This document shows, piece by piece, positions 9,214 through 18,870 of a DNA stretch of 61,144 bases. The notes under the pieces are model-generated. The model saw only the letters and a list, made by a program, of their open reading frames with translations. It did no database searches and was not told where the DNA came from. Each line of letters opens with the position of its first letter. Position 1 is the first letter of the stretch. Origin of the DNA: an uncultured Bacilli bacterium (GTDB taxonomy: Bacteria; Bacillota_I; Bacilli_A; RF39; UBA660); assembly GCA_944358825.1 (NCBI GenBank), contig CALVSA010000003.1, positions 1 to 61,144 of the forward strand, read 5' to 3'. The position numbers and the translations under genes were made by a program.

Positions 9214-9942
9214 TTATTTAGAGTTTTTATATAGTTTTTTTTTGATTTTATTATTAGCTATATCGCTAATTTCTTTTAAATCATTAAATTTTTCTAATTT
9301 AGTGTATATTGTTATGTTTTTAATTTTATTATTTTCTATATTTTGTATAATTGTGAAAGTTGCATTTTTAATTTGTATTTGATCTATAATACTTGATGTT
9401 TTATTATTTCTTTTATAGTTTTCTAGTTTAATTTTATTTATTATTTTGGTTTTTCCATCTGTTATTATTGTTGTTTTTATGTTTTTGTTTTTGTATATTC
9501 CATTTATTAGTGTATATGTATTATTTGGATTAGTGTGATATATGTTTAGTTTATTATCACTATAGTTTTCTAGTTTAATTGAAATAGCAACATTTTTTGC
9601 TATTTTCAAGATAGATATAAGTGCTTCATTACTTAATTTATCTTTATAATCTTCTAAATTTATATTTATATTGTAATTTAGATATATATTTTCGCTTTCA
9701 TTAGGATTTATAATAATATTATTAGTGTGTGTTTGTTCTAAATATAATCCGCTAGTTATATTTATATGTTTTTTGGTAGTTTTTATATCTTGAAATAATT
9801 CACGATATTCTTTATTTTTATAGTAGTAAAATAGCTTTTTGGTTAAATCTTCTTCATTAACTTTATAAATTCCATTTTTACATAATAATGATAGTAATAG
9901 ATTTGTAAAATCTTTTTCGTTGAATTTAGTTTCTTTTTCCAT
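9214..9942 (-). CDS. Hypothetical Asn/Lys/Ile-rich protein
   Basis: Long ORF. ATG 9942 is preferred because it follows the SD ggagg. No recognisable domain. Confidence 0.45.
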   Translation of the reverse strand: MEKETKFNEKDFTNLLLSLLCKNGIYKVNEEDLTKKLFYYYKNKEYRELFQDIKTTKKHINITSGLYLEQTHTNNIIINPNESENIYLNYNININLEDYKDKLSNEALISILKIAKNVAISIKLENYSDNKLNIYHTNPNNTYTLINGIYKNKNIKTTIITDGKTKIINKIKLENYKRNNKTSSIIDQIQIKNATFTIIQNIENNKIKNITIYTKLEKFNDLKEISDIANNKIKKKLYKNSK

Positions 9943-10052
9943 AATTACCTCCATCTATATTTTAACACATAAATGTGTAAAGTAAGAAAAAAAATCTTGA
10001 TTTTTATTATAAATTATTTTAGTATAGATATTGATTAAAGGGGGAAGATATA

Positions 10053-10499
10053 ATGAAAAATGAAATTGAAAATGAAAAAATAGTTGTAAAAGTATTTTCT
10101 AGTTATGCAAATTATCCAGTAGCGACACTTGATATTGATACTTTTGATTTTAGGCGTTTATTAAAACATTCTGATGTTAATGTTAGAAAGTTTGATTTTG
10201 TTATGATAGCTAAAGAAATTGAGTATTTTGATAATACTATTGTTAAACCAATAGTTGCTATTTATGATAAAAATAAATGGCAAGTTAAAAGAAAGATAGT
10301 TAAAGAAAAGAGTAGAAATATTGCTTTAAAAACTGAATATATGTCTAAAAATATGATTTTAGATTTATATGGTAGTGTTTCTAATGTTGCTTCAAATGGG
10401 CAAAAGGGGATTGTTAGTAGATTTTATACTGTATCTAAATTATTTAATTTGTCTAATAAAGTTGTGAATAAGTTAGTAAAAAAAAGAATTAGGAATTAA
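10053..10499 (+). CDS. Hypothetical protein
   Basis: 148-aa ORF with the SD gggggaag upstream. No recognisable motif. Confidence 0.45.
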   Translation: MKNEIENEKIVVKVFSSYANYPVATLDIDTFDFRRLLKHSDVNVRKFDFVMIAKEIEYFDNTIVKPIVAIYDKNKWQVKRKIVKEKSRNIALKTEYMSKNMILDLYGSVSNVASNGQKGIVSRFYTVSKLFNLSNKVVNKLVKKRIRN

Positions 10500-11155
10500 T
10501 TAAAATATAGATAATTGAATCCTAATTCTTTATATATTGCAGATGCTCGTGGTAATGATAATAATCTAGCAAATATTAGGTTATATAATTCATCAAATAA
10601 AAAGATGGCACAAAGAGTGTAACTTAAGATTAAGAATTTTTTCTTTGGCATTTTTCTAGCTATATTAAAACAAAAGGGAACAATTATGTATATTAATATT
10701 AGACTAAAAAATCCAAATATTAATACGCTTCTTAAGCAAACATAACCATTTATATTACCAAAGTTAAGTATTTCTTTGCTGTAATCCCAACATTTAACGT
10801 TTAAGATATTTTCCATAATAAATCCACCAATATATTCTAAAATACCAGTTGCTATTACGCTTACAATGAAGACAAATAGGGGATTTTTTCTTTTTTTATA
10901 AGTAAGAATATATACCAATATCGCGCCAATTGCATATATGTTTATCCATGGTAGGAAATTACCACCTCGCCAGTATATTGTTTTCATACCACTATTGAAA
11001 TAATAAAATATTACTTCGTATAAAAATCCACATATGCCTGTTATTACAATTATTAGGCAAAAGATACCTAGCATTGTACTTTTATCAAATTTATAATCTT
11101 TATTTATGTAATTTTTAAATGTTATTTTTTTACTTCTTTTACTACCTTTTTTCAT
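10496..11155 (-). CDS. Polytopic membrane protein (possibly putative ABC-transporter type IV / PF06541-like)
   Basis: About 6 TM helices. The segment FLYEVIFYYFNSG...YWRGGNFLPW resembles that family by recollection only. Confidence 0.45.
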   Translation of the reverse strand: MKKGSKRSKKITFKNYINKDYKFDKSTMLGIFCLIIVITGICGFLYEVIFYYFNSGMKTIYWRGGNFLPWINIYAIGAILVYILTYKKRKNPLFVFIVSVIATGILEYIGGFIMENILNVKCWDYSKEILNFGNINGYVCLRSVLIFGFFSLILIYIIVPFCFNIARKMPKKKFLILSYTLCAIFLFDELYNLIFARLLSLPRASAIYKELGFNYLYFN

Positions 11156-11326
11156 ACTACACCTACTATATATATTGTATCATAAATTTTATTAATTAAA
11201 AATATATTTTTAATTAATATATAGCTGTTCGCTTGTTTTTATTATATTCAATAATATACTTTTTATAGGAAATATCAGTTGTTGAGTGTCTACCTCTAAT
11301 CTTTATAGAGAGGAGGTTTGATAGTT

Positions 11327-11416
11327 ATGAAGAAAAAAGATTTACTAATCTCATTTCTGATACTAATTATCATTTTATTAATAGTTTCTTTAATGATTCT
11401 GTGTATAAAAAAATAG
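11327..11416 (+). CDS. 29-aa hydrophobic peptide (type I toxin-like small membrane peptide)
   Basis: Strong SD AGGAGG at 11311-11316, 10 nt before the ATG. Sequence MKKKDLLISFLILIIILLIVSLMILCIKK* is a single TM helix with Lys-rich ends. Not present in the supplied ORF track (too short). Confidence 0.4.
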   Translation: MKKKDLLISFLILIIILLIVSLMILCIKK

Positions 11417-11462
11417 TACTCAATCTGCAATAGATTAAGTACTGAACCAATTATTTAAGGTA

Positions 11463-11500
11463 AGTACTCAACTTGGCAAAGTTAAGTATTTCCCTTTTTT
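11463..11500 (+). terminator. Intrinsic terminator after the small peptide ORF
   Basis: AGTACTCAACTT-ggca-AAGTTAAGTATT stem, followed by tcccTTTTTTaTTTT. A paralogous hairpin at 11415-11443 overlaps the stop codon. Confidence 0.55.
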
Positions 11501-11753
11501 ATTTTATGCAAGTTTCCTCGACATATTCATAATAACATATTTATATAATTTTGTCAAAAGTCTATTTATATATCAAATTAGTAAACTTTTTTAAAATTTA
11601 TCTTATAATTTATCTATTATTGATTTTAATTTTTGACATGCTATCACATCCAATGTTTTTTATTGTAATATAATTACATGAAAAAACGAATCTTTATTTG
11701 GTTCACATCATTTCTTCATGGTGTCCTAAATGAACTTATCTCGAACCAATATA

Positions 11754-13049
11754 TTATTTTAAAATATAATATGTATTTTTACCATTTCCTTTTTTTACAA
11801 TAATATTTTCTTTTACCATTTCTGATAATATTTTCTTTGATCTAGCAGATGAAATATCAAATAAAACGTCGACAACCTCTCTTTTTATTTTATCGTTTTC
11901 TTTTAAATAATTAATTATTATATCTCTTTGTGATAAAAGATTAATTGATATATCTTGCTTTTCCTTTTTATAATTTACATTTGGTAATATAACTTTAAAA
12001 CTATTATCAGTTGTAATAAACTCAGGTTTTAAATTGAACTCTTTATAAACATCTATCATACGCCCAATACCTGTTCCATAGTTCTCTACATATTCTAATC
12101 TATAAAATATATTAGCCAAATTTTTATTTCTAGTTTGTGAAACTCCCGCTATTATATCATCAATAGATAAACCTGTCATTAAACCACCAAGCGATGTAAC
12201 CTCAATTCTATCATCAAAAACTGATACCAAAATACTACCAGAAAAATTATAATTTCGGTGTATTATAGCATTCAAAATAGTTTCTCTTAATGCAAATTCA
12301 GGATAATCTCTAATATCAACTCTTTTGTAATTTATAATTCTTCCACTAATTTTATTAATAATATTTAAATAATTTAAAACATCTTCAAGTTGTTTAACTA
12401 AAGAACCAGTAAATTCTTTTCTGTCTTTAAATGATAACTTATTATTGCCATTAAACACAGCACATTTTATTGTAAATGGACATTCATCAGATAATAGCAA
12501 ACCAAAATTTGTATATAGATTATCATTATTCATAATATTTAATAATTTATATTTAGTGTTATTTAGTTCTTTTTGTTTATCGGAAAATATACTATTCAAA
12601 TATATGAAATTTAAATTCTGATTTTGTGATACTTGATTTTCAAAAGTATCATGGTTTTCAAGTATTAATTTTCTTATTAATTCATCAGTTGCTGGTGCTG
12701 ATACATTGCCATGTCTAACAAATACACCAGATGGCTTTAAACCTTTATCGGCTAAATAATATGGCTTATTAGAACCTCTCATTATTTTTAAAATTATTAT
12801 TTTTTTGCCTTCTACATTTTCAATAATTATATTAGTATATAGTGTTAAATCAGATTTGATTCCCTCTCTAATCATGCCACTTAAAGCTTCTACATCTTTA
12901 TTGTAATCTTTGAGTCCAACTACTTTTCCTGTATCATCAATACCTATATAAATAGTACCACCTTTACTATTAGCAAAGGCAATTATTTCCTTTTTTATGT
13001 CTTTTGTTAATTCTCTTTTAAGTTCTACAAATTCATTTTCAGTGTACAT
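11754..13049 (-). CDS. AlbA_2 (Schlafen-like) plus HATPase_c_4 putative DNA-binding protein, often annotated as RecG-like or as a transcriptional regulator
   Basis: N-terminus YTENEFVELKRELTKDIKKEIIAFANSKGGTIYIGIDDTGKVVGL is typical of the AlbA_2 domain. There is a C-terminal winged-helix-like tail. ATG 13049 follows the SD gagaggtg. Confidence 0.7.
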   Translation of the reverse strand: MYTENEFVELKRELTKDIKKEIIAFANSKGGTIYIGIDDTGKVVGLKDYNKDVEALSGMIREGIKSDLTLYTNIIIENVEGKKIIILKIMRGSNKPYYLADKGLKPSGVFVRHGNVSAPATDELIRKLILENHDTFENQVSQNQNLNFIYLNSIFSDKQKELNNTKYKLLNIMNNDNLYTNFGLLLSDECPFTIKCAVFNGNNKLSFKDRKEFTGSLVKQLEDVLNYLNIINKISGRIINYKRVDIRDYPEFALRETILNAIIHRNYNFSGSILVSVFDDRIEVTSLGGLMTGLSIDDIIAGVSQTRNKNLANIFYRLEYVENYGTGIGRMIDVYKEFNLKPEFITTDNSFKVILPNVNYKKEKQDISINLLSQRDIIINYLKENDKIKREVVDVLFDISSARSKKILSEMVKENIIVKKGNGKNTYYILK

Positions 13050-13102
13050 AATTTTCACCTCTCTAATATATTATATACATTACATTTCAAATTATCAATC
13101 CT

Positions 13103-13135
13103 TTCGGCAACTTTTCGGCAACTTTTCGGCAACTA
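13103..13135. repeat. Three tandem copies of the 11-bp unit TTCGGCAACTT
   Basis: Seen directly: ttcggcaactt ttcggcaactt ttcggcaacta. Located about 55-85 bp upstream of the start of the minus-strand gene 11754..13049. Confidence 0.9.
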
Positions 13136-13197
13136 ATTTTAAATAATAAATTTAACTTTAAATGTAAAAATTTTCAAACGCAAAATATATAAATAAA

Positions 13198-13221
13198 ATG
13201 TAGAACCGTTTAATTCTACAT
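13198..13221 (-). terminator. Terminator downstream of the tRNA pair (minus strand)
   Basis: ATGTAGAA-ccgtttaa-TTCTACAT 8-bp stem. On the minus strand it is followed by a T-rich tract. Confidence 0.5.
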
Positions 13222-13266
13222 CTTAAAATATATAATAAAGCTCAAAAGTTCGAGCAAATTCTTCTC

Positions 13267-13350
13267 TGGTGCGGGTGAAGGGACTTGAACCCCCACGGAT
13301 AAACCGCTAGATCCTAAGTCTAGTGCGTCTGCCAATTCCGCCACACCCGC
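13267..13350 (-). tRNA. tRNA-Leu (anticodon TAG), long variable arm, encoded CCA
   Basis: Reverse complement: GCGGGTGTGGCGGAATTGGCAGACGCACTAGACTTAGGATCTAGCGGTTTATCCGTGGGGGTTCAAGTCCCTTCACCCGCACCA. The anticodon loop is CT-TAG-GA, with a GTTCAAGTC T-loop. Confidence 0.9.
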
Positions 13351-13355
13351 TTAAA

Positions 13356-13432
13356 TGGTGGACCCTGCAGGACTCGAACCTGCGACCGCCCGGTTATGAG
13401 CCGGATGCTCTGACCAACTGAGCTAAGGGTCC
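13356..13432 (-). tRNA. tRNA with CAT anticodon, most likely tRNA-Ile2 (lysidine) rather than elongator Met
   Basis: Reverse complement: GGACCCTTAGCTCAGTTGGTCAGAGCATCCGGCTCATAACCGGGCGGTCGCAGGTTCGAGTCCTGCAGGGTCCACCA. The acceptor stem GGACCCT and the GGCTCATAACC loop resemble Bacillus/E. coli tRNA-Ile(CAU) as I recall them. Confidence 0.85.
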
Positions 13433-13451
13433 ATTATTTGCTTGCTAATTA

Positions 13452-13480
13452 ATAATATCACATAATTTTAAAATTATCAA
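13452..13480 (-). promoter_or_regulatory. Sigma-A-type promoter for the tRNA pair
   Basis: On the minus strand: TTGATA, a 17-nt spacer, then TATTAT, about 20 nt upstream of the tRNA 5' end. Confidence 0.45.
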
Positions 13481-13552
13481 TAATTTAAATAAAAAAAATG
13501 AAAAAAATATTAAATTTGTGATATTTTGCCATATTATAAATAGGTGAAATTT

Positions 13553-14635
13553 ATGAATAATATTAAATATTATAATTTATTTATTTTAATATCTACTTTT
13601 GCAAGGAATATAATTGAACTATTTTCAATGATTATTTTATATAAAATGGGTTTTAGTCTTAAAGATATTATGTTATTTTATATAATATATTTTATTACTT
13701 GTGGAGTAGTTAGTACTATTAGTTTATTTATAAGTTCTAAGTTTAATTCTAAATATATTTTATTTTTTTCTTCTTTTTTATATGCATATTCTTTTTATTA
13801 TTTATCTAATTTATCTTGTAATTTAATTTCTTTAATTATTTTTGCTATTATTTTAGCAATTAGTAATTATACTTATCATCCTCTTCGGCATTATTATGCT
13901 ATTTTGGTTATTGATGATAATAAAAATAAGAAAATAGCTAGTATTTTGATTTTTAATTATTTAGCCATTATTCTTGCATCTTATTTGGGTCCTTATCTTA
14001 CTAATAATATGGGACTTGATATAATAGTTATTATTTTAGTTATTTCATCTTTAATTAGTATTATTCCTTTGTTTAAGTTAAAGAAAAATAAAATACAAAA
14101 AAAAGTTAAGTTATCTTTTAAAGAAATAAAAAAAGATAAATTGTTATTTTTTATCTTTGAACAAGGAAAAGTAATTTTTTTGTTATTACAAGCTTTATAT
14201 TTATACATTTATGTAAAAGAGGATGTTACTTATTTAGGATTATTTAATGTAATACTTGGAATAGCCGCGATTTTTACTATTTATTTTTTTGCTAGGAGTA
14301 ATAATTATAGATTTCGACTTATAAATAGTATTTTATGTATAATATTGATTTTAAAAATAAATATAGTTAATCCTATTTTTTTACTTATTTTGGCTTTTTT
14401 TGAAGGAATTGGTATTAAGATATTTGAAGTGGTTAGTACAAAAAATATTTATAATATTGATAAAGTTAATGTAATTGGTTATTTAATTGTGGTTGAGCTT
14501 ATTTTTTGTTTAGTTTCTAGTTTTATTTTTGTAATATTTTATTTTATAAATAATTTAAAGATTATGTTATATATATGTATTTTATTTATTTTTATATGTG
14601 GTTTGATCAATCCAAAAATTGACAAGAATAATTAA
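13553..14635 (+). CDS. Polytopic membrane protein (MFS-like, roughly 10-12 TM)
   Basis: Continuously hydrophobic, Ile/Phe/Leu-rich ORF. ATG 13553 is preferred over the listed GTG 13544. Confidence 0.5.
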   Translation: MNNIKYYNLFILISTFARNIIELFSMIILYKMGFSLKDIMLFYIIYFITCGVVSTISLFISSKFNSKYILFFSSFLYAYSFYYLSNLSCNLISLIIFAIILAISNYTYHPLRHYYAILVIDDNKNKKIASILIFNYLAIILASYLGPYLTNNMGLDIIVIILVISSLISIIPLFKLKKNKIQKKVKLSFKEIKKDKLLFFIFEQGKVIFLLLQALYLYIYVKEDVTYLGLFNVILGIAAIFTIYFFARSNNYRFRLINSILCIILILKINIVNPIFLLILAFFEGIGIKIFEVVSTKNIYNIDKVNVIGYLIVVELIFCLVSSFIFVIFYFINNLKIMLYICILFIFICGLINPKIDKNN

Positions 14636-14662
14636 ATAGAGTACAATTAAGTTGGTGATATT

Positions 14663-16039
14663 ATGAAGATAATTACTGTAGATGAGGCTGTTTCATTAAT
14701 AAAAGATAATGATCATGTGATGATTTCTAGTTTTGGTAATTTTTCAGTTTGTAAAAGTTTATTAATGGGGTTAAAAAGAAGTTATTTAGAAAATAAAAAA
14801 CCTAATAATTTAACGATTATAACTTCAGTTGGTTCTGGTAATTTAACTTATGAAGATGAAGGATTAAATATAATTGCGGAAGTTGGTTTAGTTAAGCATA
14901 TTGTTACTTCACATCTTGGTATGTGTAAGAAAATGGCAGAACTGGTTGGTAGTAATTATGTATCTAGTTATATGATACCACTTGGTGTTTATTTGGATTT
15001 GTTGGATTCGATGATTAGAAAAAAAGATGGTGTTATTAGTAAAATTGGTCTAAATACTTTTTGTGATCCAAGAATTAGTGATAATAAGTTTACAAAAGTA
15101 GTTGAAGTTGATAATCAAGAATATTTGTATTATAAAGGTTTTTCTGTTGATGTTTGTTTTGTTAAAGCAAAGTTTTGTGATAAGTTTGGAAATATTAGTA
15201 TTAAAAAAGATGAGATTATTAATGATATTTTAGAAGTTGTTATGGTTGGTAAGAGATATGGTGCGAAAGTTATTGTTGAAGTGGATGAGATTGTTGATAA
15301 AATAGAGGTTGATGATATATATATTCCTGCTATTTTAGTTGATTATGTTGTTATTAGTGAGTATAAAGAAAAAGTAATTATTAAAAATAGAGAAATAAAA
15401 GCTAGTAGATTAAAGTGTGCTACTAGGGCTTATATGGAAGTGAGTTATAATGATGTTATTAATATTGGAGTTGGGATGCCTGATATTATTAGTGATTTGA
15501 TAATTAAGGATAATAATAAGAAGAATTTAACTGTTACAGTTGAATCAGGAGTAATTGGTGGAAAAATTGGTTTAGGAGAGTATTTTGGTAGTTCATTTGG
15601 TTATGATTATAAAATTAGAATGAATGATATGTTAAAATTATATAATTCTAACTTTTTAGATGTTGCTTTTTTAGGAGCAGCGCAGATAGATAAATTTGGT
15701 AATGTTAATGTTTCTAAGTTTAAAAATAGAACGGTTGGAGCGGGTGGTTTTATTGATATTATTAGTAATGCTAAAAAGATTGTTTTTTTAACTACTTTGG
15801 TTACTAAAAATAATGAGGCAAAATTTGTTGATAAGGTAGAAGAAATCACATTTGCTAGTAAGAATGCTTTATTAAATAATCAAGATGTTTTATATATAAC
15901 TGATATTTGTGTATTTAAACTTACTAATAATGGTTTAGAATTAATTGAAGTAGATAATGATGTTGATATTAATAATGATATTTTAAAATATATAGAATTT
16001 GATGTTAAAGTTTCTAATTGTTTGAAAGGAGAGAAGTAA
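14663..16039 (+). CDS. Acyl-CoA:acetate/3-ketoacid CoA-transferase family protein (YdiF-like fused alpha/beta)
   Basis: N-terminus MKIITVDEAVSLIKDNDHVMISSFG..., the central ESGVIGG region and the GAAQIDKFGNVNVS motif are typical of family I CoA transferases. Confidence 0.7.
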   Translation: MKIITVDEAVSLIKDNDHVMISSFGNFSVCKSLLMGLKRSYLENKKPNNLTIITSVGSGNLTYEDEGLNIIAEVGLVKHIVTSHLGMCKKMAELVGSNYVSSYMIPLGVYLDLLDSMIRKKDGVISKIGLNTFCDPRISDNKFTKVVEVDNQEYLYYKGFSVDVCFVKAKFCDKFGNISIKKDEIINDILEVVMVGKRYGAKVIVEVDEIVDKIEVDDIYIPAILVDYVVISEYKEKVIIKNREIKASRLKCATRAYMEVSYNDVINIGVGMPDIISDLIIKDNNKKNLTVTVESGVIGGKIGLGEYFGSSFGYDYKIRMNDMLKLYNSNFLDVAFLGAAQIDKFGNVNVSKFKNRTVGAGGFIDIISNAKKIVFLTTLVTKNNEAKFVDKVEEITFASKNALLNNQDVLYITDICVFKLTNNGLELIEVDNDVDINNDILKYIEFDVKVSNCLKGEK

Positions 16040-17541
16040 TGAAAAAAGTAATTTTATGTATTATGGATGGAATTGGTATTAGTAATAATAAGTATAAGAA
16101 TGCTTTTTATAATGCTAATACTAAAAATTTAGATAAATTATTTAGTGAATATCCAAATACTTTACTTAGTGCTAGTGGTATAGATGTAGGACTTCCACCT
16201 AATCAGATGGGAAATAGTGAGGTTGGACATTCTAATATAGGAGCAGGTAGAGTTGTTTATCAGTCTTTAGAGTATATAAATAAAGAGATTGAAAATAAAG
16301 AGTTTTTTAATAATAAAGTTCTTCTAGATAGTGTTAAACACGCTAAAGATAATGGTAGTAATTTGCATATTATGGGACTTATTAGTGATGGTGGGATACA
16401 TTCGCATATTAATCATTTACTTAGTTTACTTGATTTTATTAAAAGTAAAAATTATTCTAATGTTTATCTTCATCTTTTTACTGATGGACGTGATACAAAA
16501 GTTGATTCAAGTATGTCTTATATTAGTATTTTGGAAGATAAAATAAAAAAAATAGGAATTGGAAAGATTGTAAGTGTTTCTGGACGATTTTATGCAATGG
16601 ATCGCGATAATAGGTATGAGAGAGTTTCAAAGTTTTATGAGGCTTGTGTAAATGCTAATGCTACTAATTATGAAAGATGTGATTTAGGAATAAAGGCTAA
16701 TTATGAGGCGGGAAATACTGATGAGTTTATTGAACCTTTTATAGTAGATGGTGGTAAGAAGATTATGGATAATGATAGTGTAATTATTTTTAATTTTCGT
16801 CCTGATAGGCTTAGAGAAATTATTTTGTCTTTAACAAATAATATTAATGAATTAAATACTCGTATTATTAATAATTTAAAGATTACTACTATGATGCCGG
16901 TGGTTGATAATAAATATTCTACTTCTATTTTTAGCCTTCCAAAGGTTAATAATAGTTTAGGTGTTTATTTATCTAGTTTATCTTATTCACAACTTCGAAT
17001 TGCGGAAACTGAAAAATATGCGCATGTTACTTATTTTTTTGATGGGGGAGATAATTATGATTTAAAAGGAGAAGATAAGATATTAATTAACTCACCTAAA
17101 GTTAAGACTTATGATATGAAACCAGAGATGTCAGCTTATGAGATTACTGATACTTTAATTGATAAGGTAAATAAGAATTCATATGATTTGGTTGTTTTAA
17201 ATTTTGCAAATGGGGATATGGTTGGACATACTGGCAATTATCTAGCGGCTATTAAGGCGGTGGAAGCGGTTGATGATTGTATTGGAAAGATAGTAGAAAA
17301 TATTGATTTAAGTAAATATACACTTATTATAACAGCTGATCATGGTAATTGTGAGGTTATGGAAAATAGTGATGGTAGTGTTAATACTAATCATACTACT
17401 AATAAAGTTCCTTTTATTATTTTAGATAAAAATATTACGCTAAAAGATGGAAAACTTGCAAATATTGCTCCAACTATTTTAGATATTATGAAAATAGAGA
17501 AGCCAATTGAAATGAACTCTGATTCATTAATCTTAAAATAA
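16039..17541 (+). CDS. gpmI: 2,3-bisphosphoglycerate-independent phosphoglycerate mutase
   Basis: MKKVILCIMDGIGIS..., NSEVGHSNIGAGR, LISDGGIHSH, FTDGRDT, NFANGDMVGHTG and ITADHGN motifs. The ATG overlaps the upstream stop codon. Confidence 0.95.
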   Translation: MKKVILCIMDGIGISNNKYKNAFYNANTKNLDKLFSEYPNTLLSASGIDVGLPPNQMGNSEVGHSNIGAGRVVYQSLEYINKEIENKEFFNNKVLLDSVKHAKDNGSNLHIMGLISDGGIHSHINHLLSLLDFIKSKNYSNVYLHLFTDGRDTKVDSSMSYISILEDKIKKIGIGKIVSVSGRFYAMDRDNRYERVSKFYEACVNANATNYERCDLGIKANYEAGNTDEFIEPFIVDGGKKIMDNDSVIIFNFRPDRLREIILSLTNNINELNTRIINNLKITTMMPVVDNKYSTSIFSLPKVNNSLGVYLSSLSYSQLRIAETEKYAHVTYFFDGGDNYDLKGEDKILINSPKVKTYDMKPEMSAYEITDTLIDKVNKNSYDLVVLNFANGDMVGHTGNYLAAIKAVEAVDDCIGKIVENIDLSKYTLIITADHGNCEVMENSDGSVNTNHTTNKVPFIILDKNITLKDGKLANIAPTILDIMKIEKPIEMNSDSLILK

Positions 17542-17619
17542 ACGGAAAAAATTTAAATTTTCTTTCTTTTTTCTCTATTTTATAGTATAATTATGTTGTA
17601 TCATTTAGGAGTTGGTATC

Positions 17620-18870
17620 ATGAGGAAAATATATACTAGTATCGATATCGGTTCTGATACGATAAAATTTGTTGTAGCAGAGCTTATAAGTAACCAAATG
17701 CATGTTCTTGCTTCTAATTGTATTAAGTCAAAAGGAGTAAGAAAAGGGTTGATATTCGATCCTAATTTAACTATAAATGCCATTAAGGATGGAATTAAAG
17801 AGATAAACGAAGATTTAGGAATTAATATAAAAAAAGTTATTGTTAATATTGCTAGTTATGAGGCTAAATTTATGCTTGTAAATGGTTCTGTTAGTATTAA
17901 AGATGTAAATGGAATTGTTAATTACGAGGATGTTAGTCATGTTATTAAGGAATCTGTTTATGCTAAATTAGATAGTGATTATGAGCTAGTAACTGTTTTA
18001 CCACTTGAGTTTATGGTTGATGATAAAGAAAGTGGTTTAAAACCAACAGGTTTAGTTGGTAAAAAACTTAGTGTTAAAGGAATAATGATATCAGTTCCAA
18101 AAAAAAATGTTTATTCAGTTTTAGATGTTGTTGAACAAGCTGGGTTAGAGGTAGTTGATATTACTTTATCAGGTTTAGGGGATTATTATGAGGTAAAAAA
18201 TGATAATTTAGATAAAAAAGTTGGTCTAATAATTAATTTAGGACACGAGACAACTACAGTATCTGTTATAAATAAAGGAGTTTTAATGAATACAGATGTT
18301 GTTAGTTTAGGTGGCTTGAATATTGATAAAGATTTATCTTATGTTTTTGGAATTAGTGTTTTTGATGGGCGCAATTTAAAGGAAAAGTTTGCTAGTTCTC
18401 ATAAGAGATTTTGTCAATTAAACGAGACTTATGAGATAAAAAATTCTTTGGGAGAACGACTTAAACTTAACCAATTAGAAGTATCAGAAGTAGTTATGAG
18501 TCGTATGCGTGAAATATTTGAATATGCAAGAAAAAAAGCTCTTTCTTTAACAAAACAAGAGATTAATTATATAATTATTACTGGAGGATTAACAGAAATT
18601 AAATCATTTAAAAATTTAGCCTTTGAATTTTTTGGAAAAGGTGTTATAATATATACTGAAAACACGTTGGGTGTGAGAGATAATAAATATACAAGTGCTC
18701 TTGGAATGTTAAAATATTTTCATAATAAGATGGATGAGCGAGGACATGATTATTCGATGTTAGATATGGAAGATGAACAGATATTGATTACACCTGATAC
18801 TAAAACCAAAAATAATACTATTATATCGAAATTTATAGAGAATTTTATTGCTAGTAAGGAGGAAAAATAA
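17620..18870 (+). CDS. ftsA: Cell division protein FtsA
   Basis: Actin-like N-terminus [27 protein letters not shown], and position directly upstream of ftsZ. Confidence 0.9.
   Translation: MRKIYTSIDIGSDTIKFVVAELISNQMHVLASNCIKSKGVRKGLIFDPNLTINAIKDGIKEINEDLGINIKKVIVNIASYEAKFMLVNGSVSIKDVNGIVNYEDVSHVIKESVYAKLDSDYELVTVLPLEFMVDDKESGLKPTGLVGKKLSVKGIMISVPKKNVYSVLDVVEQAGLEVVDITLSGLGDYYEVKNDNLDKKVGLIINLGHETTTVSVINKGVLMNTDVVSLGGLNIDKDLSYVFGISVFDGRNLKEKFASSHKRFCQLNETYEIKNSLGERLKLNQLEVSEVVMSRMREIFEYARKKALSLTKQEINYIIITGGLTEIKSFKNLAFEFFGKGVIIYTENTLGVRDNKYTSALGMLKYFHNKMDERGHDYSMLDMEDEQILITPDTKTKNNTIISKFIENFIASKEEK

Noticed and set aside
13103-13135. The tandem 11-mers, or other short repeats, as a CRISPR array
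   Set aside because: The units are contiguous with no spacers, only 11 bp long and only three in number. I found no array of 25-40-bp repeats separated by unique spacers anywhere in the window.
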